A stretch of 64,000 nucleotides of DNA. It comes from Azolla caroliniana. Its lineage: Eukaryota > Plantae > Polypodiophyta. This document shows, in pieces, positions 26,101-38,736 of the stretch (position 1 is its first letter; the number at the start of each line of letters is the position of its first letter). The stretch is from assembly GCA_043228905.1 (NCBI GenBank), contig JBHGNT010000017.1, positions 9,796,001 to 9,860,000 of the forward strand, read 5' to 3'. A program made the position numbers and the translations under genes. The notes below the pieces were generated by a model. The model saw nothing but the letters and a program-made list of their open reading frames with translations. It had not been told where the DNA came from and ran no database searches.

Positions 26101-27001
26101 CAGCTCGTGGCAAAGGGCTACGCGCAGAAACATGCAATTGACTACGATCAGACGTTTGCGCCGGTTGCGAAAATGACGACCGTCCGTGTTTTGCTCGCAA
26201 TAGCCGCGGCCAAGGGGTGGCACTTACATCAGATGGATGTAAAGAATGCGTTCCTGCAAGGTGACCTTGAGGAACAGGTGTACATGGTACAGCCCCCCGG
26301 ATTTCACTCCGGAACGAACTCCTCGGTAGTATGCTGACTGAAAAAGTCCCTTTACGGATTGAAGCAAGCCCCGCGTGCCTGGAACGCGAAGATCACGCAA
26401 CAACTGCGTTGGATGGGCTTCGCCACGTCAAAATCGGACCTTCCCTGTTCATCCGGAAAGGTCGACTCGGACCGGTTAGTATTCTACTATATGTTGATGA
26501 CTTGGTCATCACCGGAGCCGACCTCAGTGAAATCGACCGCGTGAAGCTCCAGCTTGCGGCATCGTTCGACATGAAGGATCTGGGAGACCTTCATTACTTC
26601 CTCGGGATCGAAGTGATCCGTACCCCCGAAGGCATATTGATCAGCCAACGTCATTACGTGCTGAGTATGCTCTTCAAATTCGGGATGGCCGACTGTAAGT
26701 CCGTCTCGACTCCTCTGGACAGAACCATCAAGCTTCGTCCCGATACGGGAAAGGTATGCGACCCAACGAGGTTCCGACAAATTGTCGGAAGCCTCATATA
26801 CTTGACCATCCCCCAACCCGACCTCAGTTATCCGGTCGGGGTGATCAGTCAGTTCATGGCGCGACCTACCGAGGAGCACCTTCAGTGTGCGCAACGCGTA
26901 CTTCGGTATGTAAGCGGCACTAAGGACCGCGGACTGCTATATCGAACCGGTACAGCCACGCAGTTAGTCGGCTACACTGATGCTGATTGGACTAGCAACG
27001 C
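23173..27001 (+). pseudogene. gag-pol: gag-protease-integrase-RT of G, disrupted
   Basis: CWYCGKKGHKESEC knuckle, YVDSGAS, HSDVWGP and YVDD motifs across frameshifted fragments. Confidence 0.92.
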
Positions 27002-27420
27002 TGTTACCGGCCGGCAAGGAGTCCAAAATACGGAGTGGAGGAATTAATTAAGTATGGTTGTAAATAAGCATAGTATGGACGGACGGACTGGAAACGGTAT
27101 GCCGTTCCAGATCCGGACGGATTCCGAATAGGTGCGATAGGCACTGTTTTGTACTACGGACCGGAAACCTATTTAAAGGCCCGGAGCCCATTGTAATCGC
27201 AGCGGATAATTAATAGAGCGTATGGTGTTTATACTTCTGTGTTGATTTCCGTTCTGTACTTACTGTTATATCTTACGCGTGTAATTAACAAAAGCGCTCT
27301 AATCGTGTAACCTACTTAGGTCGGTGTAATCGTTGAGTCATAATCCTATGCCGTAATCACCCTTTGGTGAAGTGTCTCCGTGACACCTTGTGTTAGGCCT
27401 TGTCCGGTCAGAGAACAACA
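27002..27420 (+). repeat. 5' LTR of H
   Basis: TGTTACC...AACAACA; 2 differences from 3' LTR by eye. Confidence 0.97.
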
Positions 27421-27473
27421 CAGTTTTGGCGACCACGATTCTTGCTTTCTCGCAGCGAACGACGGCTTAATGG

Positions 27474-30400
27474 ATGACGAGACCAACGCACGACCTGGTT
27501 ACAGACCGAGCTCGATGCCTCGCCGAACGGCAAAGACGGCGTGAGACTTTCCAGCAAGCAGCGCACGAAATTCGCTCGGATCGTTCGTTCTCCAACGAGA
27601 TCCGGAGAGTCGCGGAGGAATCTCTTCGGTTACAGCAAACTCGCGACCAAGACGACGGAAGCGGTCTAAGTAGTCTCCGGGAAACCGAACGCCTCCTCGA
27701 GGCGCTGGCAAGCGGAGAAAACGAGGCAGAAGCCTTTTCAGCCTACGAATCAGATTCCGAAGGGGGATACAGCGTGCACACGAACTACCGGAGCAGCAAC
27801 GATACCCCCGGCGGCCCGGAGGACGACGGGTCGGATACCGTGCCGACTCCAGAACCGGAACCGTTCGACCAGGGCTATCCGGAACCGCAAACGGAAGCCG
27901 TCAACCCACGAACACCGGAAGTGGAAGAAGCAAAGCCATCGACACCAACGAAAGAGCCGGCGAAGGTACCGGAAGAAGAGCCGGTGAAGGAACCGGAAAA
28001 AGAACCGGAAAAGGAACCGGAAAAAGAACCGGAAGAGGAACCGGAAAAAGCACCGGCAAAAGAACCGGAAGTGGAACCAGAGAGAAAACCGGAAAGATAT
28101 CAAGAAACGCCACTAAACCGCGGCCTAATACTGGACGACGACATGCCGTTCCAATACTCAAAGTATCGCGATGATCCGGACGCGGAAGCGCATGTTCATG
28201 CCTTCGAGCAGACATGGGAAGCAAATCACGCGTCCCAGCGATTGACACCGGAGGAAGAAGAACGCTCGAAGATAGCGGAATTCGGGGTCACGTTGGAAGG
28301 ACCAGCGGCACGATGGCGGTGGACGCAGGACCCGGCGACCATCACAACCTTTGCAGAATTAAAAGCAAAATTCTTGCATTTTTTCCACAAGGAGGTCGAC
28401 CAGACGATAATGGTGGGCCTGTTTTATACGATCCAACAGGAGGCAGGGGAAAGCATTCCCCAATTCGTCATCTGTTTCCAACGAATGCATAGCCAGCTTG
28501 CCCGTGCACCCCCGGAGGAGGAATTACGGACGATATTTTAAAACGCACTCCGGGAACCGTTACGCACGGTGTGTACGGTGATCGACTTTCGAGGAAGCAC
28601 CATTGCCCAGGTCATTGACCGGGTCAGAGAAATGGAAAAGTCAAACTCATGGCTTACATTGGGAGCACTGCAACAGGCGTTACCCACAGATGAAGATCTC
28701 CGGTTCCGGCAGGCAATTCAATGCACAATCTGCTTGAATGCCGGACACTCGGCAGTGGAGTGCACCATGCGAACCCAGTGTGTGATTTGTCAATCCAAGA
28801 GTCATACAACGGACCGGTGCGAGTATAACCTGCTAAACCGACAAGCACCACCCGTCCGACGGATCGAGCCAAGAAGCAGTCGAGACGAAGATGAAGATCG
28901 TTGGCAAAGAATGAACCGGTACCGACCGGCACAGGATGTCCGGTACGGAGACAGACAAGAGAATGATGGCCGGTACAGGGATCGGCATGATAACTACGAC
29001 CGGTATGAGCGATCGGACCGTTATCGGGAGTCCAACAGACGACACGAGCAATACGACAGAGACCATTCCCCTGGTTACCGAAGGCACCAGGAGGACTACG
29101 GCCGATTTTACGATCCACCACGACAGGACTACCGAAAGAAAAATAAGAAAAATAAGAAACGTAATTTCAAGAAAGGTGGTCACACTAGGGACCCGGAACA
29201 TGGAACCCCAAGGAGCCAACCGGCACAGAACGCACCACTCACTACGGGACCGACTCCGGCTACCAGTAATGCTGAATCCAGCAATACCCGTAAAGAGTAC
29301 TGCTACTACTGCAGGCAGGAAGGCCACTACAGTAACCAGTGCCCGGCAAAGAGCTACGATAAACGACCAGCAGTTAATATGGTGGTTCCGGAAGTGGCGG
29401 ATGTACAGCAAGTAACCACACGGTCGAAAGGCATGGCCAAAGAGTGGGAAACACAAGAGGCCATACGAAAACAGGCGACGGAATGGGTGAAGGAAGCCAA
29501 TGAAAGGAACGTCGCGGACGCGGAACGGCAAAAGGCGAATACCATAGGGAGTGCCGGCGGTAGCCACGCAGAAAACGAGACATGGCAAGCACTGCAAGAA
29601 TGTCAGATCACGTTGCCATTAGGAAGACTCTTGCAGCTCGTGCCGCGATTTACGGAAGGACTAAAAACGGTCATGACAGACGGTATAGCCCCACCGGCAC
29701 CAGTCCTCTTCTCGAATCCGGAGGAGGGACCGACGGTGGTGGACACTAGTAGTCCGGTGATTACAGCTATTGTCAAAGGGCACGAACTTCCCGGCACAGT
29801 AATCGATGGAGGTTCCGGGGTGAACGTAATAAGCCTCCGCACGTGTGATGCCTTGGGTATACATGAATGGGAGCCATGTCCGTTCTGGCTACGGATGGCG
29901 GATACGAGCTCTGTACGGCCGACGGGCTTAATACGGAAATTGGAAGTCACCATAGGAGGTCACACATTTCACATCTCGGCTGTAGTGCTGCAGCTACAGG
30001 CGCAAGGCGCGTACCCACTGTTGCTGGGCAGACCATGGTTGAAAACAACACACATCAAGCAAAATTGGCGGAAAAATATGATTACCTTCTGGCGCGGAAA
30101 AGCCAAGGTCCGGGTACCGACACAACCACGGACGAGCAACGGTAAGGAATGCACACCGCTGTATGCGGAATGCGTGAACATGCTTGAAGGGTTGGCAGAT
30201 GACGAAGAAGCCCAGTACTTGGAGGAACACCCGAAGATCGTACCACTCTTCGAGATTGACGTAGCTGAAGCCGTAGCGCCATACTTGCCGCAACGGGACG
30301 AAACCGAAGCCGAACCAGACAAAGATTCGATTCGGGAATTACGGCAAGCACAGGAAGCGTTGGAACGGGAAATGGCCGTTTCCCAACGGGTAAAAACATC

Positions 30401-33339
30401 CCAGCTCGACGAAGTGAACCTAGGAAGCAAGGACGAATCAAAGCCGGTACACATCGCCAAAGAAATGAAGCCGGAAGACAAAGCGGCGATGATCAAACTT
30501 CTCACGGAGTTTCGCAACGTATTCGCCTGGTCATACGAAGACATGCGAGGGCTGGACCCTCAATTATATCAGCATCAGATCCACTTAGGCAAGGACGCGA
30601 AACCAGTGGCGCAAAGACGTTACCGAATGAACCCCAACTACGCCGCCAAAGTGAAGGAGGAAATCGACAAACTCCTAAGAGTGGGCTTCATCCGGCCGGT
30701 AAAGAAAGTGACGTGGCTGAGCCCCATCGTCGTCGTCCCAAAGAAGAACGGTAAAATCCGCGTGTGTGTAGATTACAGGAAACTAAATGCAGCCACAATT
30801 ACGGATGCATTCCCTCTTCCGTTCACGGATGGAGTACTGGATGCCGTCGCCGGCCATGAAGTTTATAGCTTTTTAGACGGGTTCAGCGGATACAATCAAA
30901 TCCGGATGCACCCTGACGACCAGGAGAAGACAACGTTCGTCACCGAATGGGGGGTGTTTGTGGCCGTAGTAATGATGTTCGGACTAAAAACGGCACCAGC
31001 AACTTTCCAGCGAATCATCATGGAGATCTTCGGCGAATACATCCCAGCCTTCATGCAGGTTTTCCTGGATGACTTTGCAGTCTATAGCCGGGAAAAAGAC
31101 CATTTGCAGCACCTACGGTTATGCCTTGAAAAGTGTAGGTTATACCGGCTAAGGTTAAACCCAGCAAAATGCATCTTTGGGGTTTCAAGTGGAATATTAC
31201 TGGGACACATTGTAAGTAAGGAGGGCATTGCGGTCGACCCGGACAAAGTAAACGCGATACTAGGGGCACCGGCGCCGAAAACGGCCAAAGCACTAAGCCG
31301 ATTCTTAGGACAGATCCGGTGGCACAGCCGGATGCTCCGTCACTTGGCTGACTTGGCTACACCATTACACACCGCGGTACATCGGACACCGTTCCAATGG
31401 ACGGATACGGAGGATAAGGCATACAATGCCCTGAAGGTACTTTTGTCGCAAGCACCCGTCGTGCAGCCTCCGGATTGGAGCAAGGAATTTCATGTGTTCG
31501 TTGACGCTTCCGACATCGCTATCGGCAGCGCCTTAATGCAACTTACGGAGCCTAAATGGTACCGGCCGGTATATTACGCCAGCTGGAAGCTGTCCCAAGC
31601 GGAGAAGAACTATTCGACGACGGAACGGGAGGCCCTGGGCATGATCTACAGTGTAACAAAGTTTCGTCATTACCTATTGGGAAGGAAGTTCTCCTTTCAT
31701 GTGGATCACTCGGCGCTCCTGTACTTAGTGTCCAAGGCGTCCCTGACCGGTAAGTTGGCCCGTTGGACCTTGCTGTTGCAGGAGTTCGAATTCGAGATCT
31801 TCCACCGGCCCGGTATCCAGCATGCCGTAGCAGACTACCTGAGCCGGTTAGAGTCCGGAGAATCAGGCGACGGAGTATCGGATGAATTCCTGGACGCAGA
31901 GTTATTCCGTATCACCTCGAAAACGGCAGCGGACGACACGGTGGCATCAGAAGATAGGCGGCTGACAAACATGCACCAGTTCCTAAGCACGGGCCTGCCA
32001 CCGGAGGAAATGAACCGGGACGAGAGGAAACGACTGGCGGTGCAGAGCCGCAATTTCTGTCTGTTACGGGGCACTCTCTCCCACAAGGGAGCAGATGGAA
32101 TATGGAGACGGGCAGTCCGTAGTGACGAGAAACAAGTAATCTTACGGGAAGCACACTGTGGGGTTGCCGGAGGACCATATGCCGGGGAAGCGACGGCAAG
32201 GAAAGTATGGCAGAGCGGCTTATGGTGGCCCACGACGTTAAAAGACGCCGTCAAGTATGCTAAGGAATGTGACCTATGCCAACGAATGGGCCAGCCTACG
32301 GAGGAAGCACGGATGCCACACCAACCGGTACTTCCACTAGAGCCATTCTAGAAGTGGGGGTTGGATTTTGTCGGACCGTTCAAGCCACCGGCAATGAGAA
32401 CGGGTAATCGTTATGTCATCGTGGCAACAGATTATTGCACTAAATGGGGGGAGGCTAAGGCCTTGAGAGACAACACCGCGTCATCCACAACAAAATTCCT
32501 GTACGAAAACATTTGGTGCCGATATGGATGTCCGATTGAATTAATCAGCGACCAAGGAGGGCACTTCCTCGGCCAGGTAGTGGAAAGCTTAACAACGTTC
32601 TATGCCGTGGTCCATAAACGGAGCACACCGTATTACCCGCAAAACGCTCCAGAACATTCTCCGCAAAATCGTCAATGACAACCGGACGGACTGGGATACA
32701 AAGCTCCATAGCGCGCTATGGGCGTACCGAACGACATACAAAACAAGTATCCGGAAAACGCCGTTCCGGTTAGCGTTCGGCTTAGAGGCGGTCATGCCGG
32801 TGGAATTTCAGGTACCAAGCTTACGGATCCAACTATGGGAACGGCTGAATGAAAAGGAGTCGGAGGAAATGCGGCTAGCAGCACTATGCGAACTGGAGGA
32901 GCAACGGCTGGCCAGCATCCTACACATGGAACTGGAGCAACGACGACGGAAAGCGTTCGTTGACCGTCACCGGAAAGGTAATGAAAAGATGTTCGAAATC
33001 GGAAAGCCGGTGCTAGTATTCCAAACGAGGATGGGCAAGATGCCGGGTAAACTCCGGTTTAGATGGACAGGCCCGTATTGGCTGACACGGGAATACAACG
33101 GGTCCTATCAGTTAGGGACACTTGCCGGTGAAGTGCTAGGCAAGTGGGTCAACGGATTTAGACTAAAGCCCTATAAAGGACCGATGCCAAATAACCCGTT
33201 TATGCAGCCCACCGGCACTATATCGGGAACGGTACGGATGGAAGAAAAAGACGACGGGGAACCCGTAGTAGAGGCGAAGGAAGACACGGCAACCCGTAAG
33301 GAAAACGGTAACGGTCCGAAGGGACCTACGGATGTGTAA
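27474..33339 (+). pseudogene. gag-pol: gag-pol of H (stops at 28539 and 32349; frameshifting deletion near 32640)
   Basis: CCHC knuckles, protease IDGGSG, RT FLDD, RNase H VDAS/DH, integrase HHCC and DFVGP. Confidence 0.93.
27950..28095 (+). repeat. 12-bp coding minisatellite (GAACCGGAAAAA; EPEK repeats) in H gag N-terminal extension
   Basis: About 10-12 degenerate units visible. Confidence 0.85.
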
Positions 33340-33726
33340 GATCACATACCGTCATTTATAAAAAATAAAAATAAAAAAAAAATAAAAAAATAAAAAAAAT
33401 CATTAAAAATCGAGGTATGAACGGATGTGAAAGCAAGGAGCGAAAAGGTACGTAGTGGGCATTTAAGAGCCGCCACATTACTTAATACTAAATTGGTACA
33501 CGACGTGCGCATGCTCGAAAAAGGCGCCAAGACGCACAGAGAAAAAGCAGAACGCATGGAGACCTTTTCATTTCGCGAGCCAAGAAGCACAGAAGCACCA
33601 AGGCGGTTGAAGCTTAGCAAACGCGAACCTGCACTCAGAGAACCCCCACGTTCGGAACTCTCTCTCTCTCGCTCTCACTCTCATCACCACTCTACCTCGC
33701 CATCTTTCCTCGACCTCGAAGCAGAC

Positions 33727-36444
33727 ATGGACCCACAAACGCTGTCGGAAGCGGCCAGGAAATGGCTCAGGCAACACGGACTAGATGGGTTCTTGACCAT
33801 CATGGAGGCACCACCGCACAAAGAAGCCGACCGGGTCATCAAGGAGCTCGACACAAAAGTCATCACCGAGGAAGCGATCCGTGCGCTAACAGGCAAAGGC
33901 TATCGAATAACCCAACCTCGGAGCAACTCATCCGATAACCCAACCTCGGAGGGAGGTATTTTTCAGATCGATAACCCAACCTCGGAGCAACTCATCCGAT
34001 ATTTCGGCGAGTACTCTCTAGCCGGCAAAGGCTATCGAACGCAGGGCGGCGAAGATCCTCTATTCAGGGAGATAGCTCGAGTGCTCCATGAGTACGGCCA
34101 CGTGTACCCCCGACCCCCTGTCATGCCAAAAAATCGGGCAGGGATGATCATAGCCACCTATGAAGGGATCAAGGTGGATTGGCCGGTGTTGATTGCAGAC
34201 GGTTTGTGCGCGGCAATCGACACGGTACGAGGAAAGGACGGCAAGGAGGGCCGGAAGCTGTGGCATGCAGTAGCTCAGTGGATAACATTGCTCGCGCCGC
34301 CGGTCGAGACCGTCCAGCCAAAGAAGCGGCCAAGATTATCGGAAGGAAGCACCTCGAAACCCGCGTCCAAACGACAGCAGCTGCTGGCGTCGAAGGCGAC
34401 GAAAGGGAAGAAACGGCTCCCAGAACCGGAGGAGGTGTCACTGGTCTGACCCGTTAAGATAACCATACGGCGACCGGGACAGAACGAACCGGAACCCTTG
34501 ACGGCACAGATACATGCCGTTACCCAGGAAGAGGAAACGGAGGAGCCAGTAGAGCACCTCCAACGACGGTCAAGAAGTAGGACCGCCGGGACAGCGGGGG
34601 AGCGTTCGAACCCGCAAAAGGAAGAAACGCCCCCAACTCAACCTGAGCAAACCACAAGGGAGGAACCGGAACCGGTGCGTATAGAACCGGCCTTGTCGAC
34701 TTCTATACAAGAAGTCATTCCAACGGCTCCGGAGACGGCGAGAACCGGAACTCAATAGCCGGCGAGCCCAGCCAGCACACACAGCGGCCAAGGAGTAGAA
34801 CCAGAACGGCAGATACAGGCAGTCAGGCCAGACAATTCCACAGTGAACGAGCCGACCCGACCAGTACAGCAGCAAGGCACCAGTAGCATGTGGCTACGGT
34901 GGGTAGGCGAGCAGATCGCCGGAGCGGTCGAGTACATAGAGGCGGAGGAGAGAGCGCACCACGAACAGTTGCTCGTCACAACCGTAGATCTAGAGACGGC
35001 CCGGTCCAGAATCCAGAGCCTTGAACAAGACTTGGACAGGGTCACAAGGGAAATGGCTCAATTGGCTTTGACAACACAAGTCCAAGCACCGGTGACTCCG
35101 GGCAATGTACAGAATAAAGCGTGAGATCAACCTGTACATAGCAATCAGACCCCGGCAACGGAAACCGTTCCGGAGAGAAATGCGGCACAAGCCCAAGAGC
35201 TTGCGGACTTAAAGGATGAGCTAGCTGCCCAAGAAGCGCTGAGGAGCCGCGAAAGAGAGTTGAAGACGGCAGCGGAGGCAGAACTCAAAAAGACTGCTGA
35301 GAATCTACGCTGGGTCGAGGAGAGCTTACGAAAAGGCCACCAAGCGTACGAACGGCTCAAGGAGGAGAAGGAGAAAATGCTGCAAGAGAAGGACAGGCTC
35401 CGGAGAAACGCCGAAACAGAAGTAGAGCGCCTGAAAGAGGAACTCCGGCAGCTAAAGGACCGGGAGGACCGGAACCATCGCCAGATCAACGGCAAGCTCA
35501 AACAAAAAACGGAGGAATTTGAGCACTTGCACCGGGAGTATAAACGGTTGCAAACGGAGCACAAGGAACGGACGGATGAGCTCCGGCAAGCAGTTGATCA
35601 GACCGCAACGGCATACGCTAATGAACAAGCGGAAACCAGAAGACGGTTGGAAGAGGCGGAGAAGGTTCGGACAGAGCTCCTCAGGCATTAGCAGGCGGAA
35701 AGAGAAAGACCGGCGGAGGTACTGCAGAAGCTGCAAACAACATATCAAGGGCAGCTGACGCGCTACAGAGAGCAGGCGGAGGATACGGCTAATCTCATCA
35801 AGCAGTTGAAGGAGGAACGACAAGTTGTGGAAAGTAGAGCGCAAATGGGAGGAAGTCGCATCCAGGATATCATGCGGGCCTGGTTGAACCAGACCAAGAG
35901 CTTGATTGACAACGGTTCCGTCAAATGGTGGACCAAGTGGGCCCCGAACGCGGCGGAACTCCAATTGCTCCGGGGCGACGTAGAGAGCCGGCGGAAGGAG
36001 GGAGATGATTGCTATATGCTAACTTCCGAAGACTTCACCGGCATAAGAGATGAGCTCGCCGAAGACTTTCAAGCCTTGGCAGAGGACCAACTAGGGCAAG
36101 TCCGGCAACTTGTAGCTCAGCTGGACGACGACAGGCTGGAGGCGCAGATCCAGTTTGAAAGCTACGAGAGGTCCCGGATCCGGGAAGAGAAAGCACGAGA
36201 ACCGGTTACGGTCAACCTCAGTGATGAGGAACCGTTACTGGAAGGAGACCGGACCGGAAGCAGTCAAACGGGGATGCCGGAGTCAGAGAAACAAACGGAG
36301 CAGCCGCCTATAGAGCAGCCGGAGCAGTCTCAGTCCCAACCGCAACCACAGCAGCAGCAGCAAGCACAGCCGCAACAACCACAACCGGAAGAACAATTGG
36401 AAACTCTGGAACAAAGTATTTTGGACAATTTGGGTGAACAATGA
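33727..36444 (+). pseudogene. Extra ORF (ORF2) of H, broken by four stops
   Basis: Colinear with the open copy 56948..59590; stops at about 34447, 34756, 35122 and 35689. Confidence 0.88.
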
Positions 36445-36496
36445 AGGGGCCGAGAAGGGTTCGACGTACAAGGTACTGTCCCACGGGCGTGCCATA

Positions 36497-36915
36497 TGTT
36501 ACCGGCCGGCAAGGAGTCCAAAATACGGAGTGGAGGAATTAATTAAGTATGGTTGTAAATAAGCATAGTATGGACGGACGGACTGGAAACGGTATGCCGT
36601 TCCAGATCCGGACGGATCCCGAATAGGTGCGATAGGCACCGTTTTGTACTACGGACCGGAAACCTATTTAAAGGCCCGGAGCCCATTGTAATCGCAGCGG
36701 ATAATTAATAGAGCGTATGGTGTTTATACTTCTGTGTTGATTTCCGTTCTGTACTTACTGTTATATCTTACGCGTGTAATTAACAAAAGCGCTCTAATCG
36801 TGTAACCTACTTAGGTCGGTGTAATCGTTGAGTCATAATCCTATGCCGTAATCACCCTTTGGTGAAGTGTCTCCGTGACACCTTGTGTTAGGCCTTGTCC
36901 GGTCAGAGAACAACA
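36497..36915 (+). repeat. 3' LTR of H
   Basis: Matches 27002-27420. Confidence 0.97.
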
Positions 36916-36920
36916 AACGC

Positions 36921-37901
36921 CGCCGATCGTCGATCCACGTCTGGATACGCGTTCTCCCTTGGGAGTGCCGCGATCACGTGGAGCAGTAAGAAGCAGCCAA
37001 CAGTTGCCCTGTCGAGCACCGAAGCTACCGAGGAGCGGCTGTCGCGACATGCGAAGCCATATGGTTGAAGCGGCTACTTAAGGACCTGCAGGTAGAGGTG
37101 TCAAATCCAACGACGATCTACTGCGACAACCTCAGCAACATTCAACTCGCGAAGAACCCTGTCTTCCACGCACGGACCAAGCACATTGAGGTGCACTCCC
37201 ATTTCGTCCGTGAGCGTGTCCTTTCCGGTGAAGTCGAACTTCAGTACGTTCCGACGGATCGACAAACTGCCGACATCTTCACCAAGCCTCTTGGTCTGGA
37301 CAAGTTGCGGCAATTCTCAGGTACACTCGGGTTGCGTCACCTTGACGTGCCGAACTTGAGGGGGAGAACAGTCCCGAATGACCAAGCAAGGCAGCAGGAA
37401 AGGAGCGGAGACCGTGACACCGAGTCCGAGTCGGTAGACTCGGTTGTCGAGTTCGAGTTCGGATCGGCTGAAGAAGCCGAGGGCGGACCCGTGGAAAAGT
37501 CCGAAAGCGGACAGAAGGGGAGCAACCGAAGGAGAGAGCCGAAGCCAACCATGCATGAGGGAGACAACGCCATCGAGGGCGAGAAGACCGAAGACGAGTT
37601 GGAGACAACCAACTCAGACGAGAGCGGAAACCGATCGGAGGCAGCCGAGTCGGTTCGGATGTTTGATTCAGAGACGTTGAATAAACCGAGGCCCAAGCGG
37701 AAGAAAAGGCAGCAGAAGAAGCGTCAACACCGCAACAGCAGAAGAACTGATGAGCGCCACATGAGCAGACAAGCCGACCGGAAGGGTCGAAGCGCGCGGA
37801 GTCGAACAGGTCGAGGAGCGCGAGCGAGGCGAGAAGCCAGGAGGAACCGATGTTGTGAAGATCCCAAAGAGCCTCAAGTTGAGCTTGAGGGGGAGTGTTG
37901 A
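36921..37901 (+). pseudogene. pol: RNase H of G plus open ~180-codon charged extension ending PQVELEGEC* inside the LTR
   Basis: ORF 37065..37901. Confidence 0.9.
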
Positions 37902-38092
37902 GAGACAAGCTCAACATCGGCCGGATCGGCTGAAGAAGCCGAGGACCGGATCGGTTGGGACCGATCGGTTTGGCCGAGTGCATAAACCGGGAGGTCGTTA
38001 GGAAAGATATTCCGTGAGGAATATATTTGGGAGTTAGTGTAGGGGCTCTTGATGAGCATTGAAGTATTGTCAGTACTTCGGTCAGTCCTTTT
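37896..38092 (+). repeat. 3' LTR of G, first part (split by J)
   Basis: Matches 22715-22911. Confidence 0.95.
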
Positions 38093-38726
38093 TGTTAGAA
38101 ATTGACGCTTTCAAACCTTCACCTCTCGGCCACAACCGAGGAAACACGAGTCAATGTAGCAGTAAATCGAAAACACAGAGAGAGACTCGAATGCACAGGG
38201 TTTAGCGTGGAAAACCCTAGACGGGAAAAAACCACGGGATTGCAAGACTCCGACTATCACTATACACAGGGAATGTACAATGGCGAGCTGCAAGGCGACG
38301 ACCTTGAGCTCGCTGTCCTCGCCACAGGCGGCGGTATTACACAGAGGCGTCGACCTCTTCCTTTCTCTCTCTCTCACTCTCTCTCTCTCTGCTCTCACTT
38401 CGCTCCCTCTAAGTGGAAAAACAGAAAAATGAACAACAACAACAAAACTGTTTGCCCTAAGTCATATTTATACACATATGACTTTCGGGCTATTTACAAA
38501 TATAGCCTAGAGGGCCCTTGGCAAACATATTCACAAATATGTCCCCGCATCCGGATCTCTCTCCGGGTACATTCGTCATCCGGCTCCGTAGCCGGGGTCT
38601 TCATCATCCGGATCCGAAACCGGGTCTTCATCATCCGGCTCTGATACCGGGTACTCCTCATTCGGGTCTTCATTCCCGATTCCCGGACATCTGACCATCC
38701 CATCCGGAGGGACCGTAATCCCAACA
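38093..38726 (-). repeat. 3' LTR of J
   Basis: Matches 48429-49062 (about 4 differences by eye). Confidence 0.96.
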
Positions 38727-38736
38727 AACTCCCCCT

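Larger units (their letters stand above)
27002..36915 (+). mobile_element. Element H: full-length Ty3/gypsy non-chromovirus (Athila/Tat-related) retrotransposon with extra 3' ORF, inserted in G's RNase H
   Basis: 419-bp LTRs 27002-27420 and 36497-36915; TSD AACGC (26997-27001, 36916-36920); PBS TGGCGACCAC 27427-27436 (tRNA-Arg-like); order gag-PR-RT-RH-IN. Confidence 0.96.

Noticed and set aside
28539-28541. Read-through stop between gag and pol in H
   Set aside because: The TAA lies inside the capsid-like region before the zinc knuckles; more likely a point mutation. The homologous site of I is outside the window.
38102-38644. 180-aa ORF repeated at 48438..48980
   Set aside because: Antisense frame inside J's LTRs, repeated only because the LTRs are duplicates; no recognisable domain.
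38637-38648. PBS-like GGTATCAGAGCC inside J's LTR (also 48973-48984)
   Set aside because: Lacks the initial T of TGG and is one variant of the local ~27-bp U3 repeat; probably coincidental.
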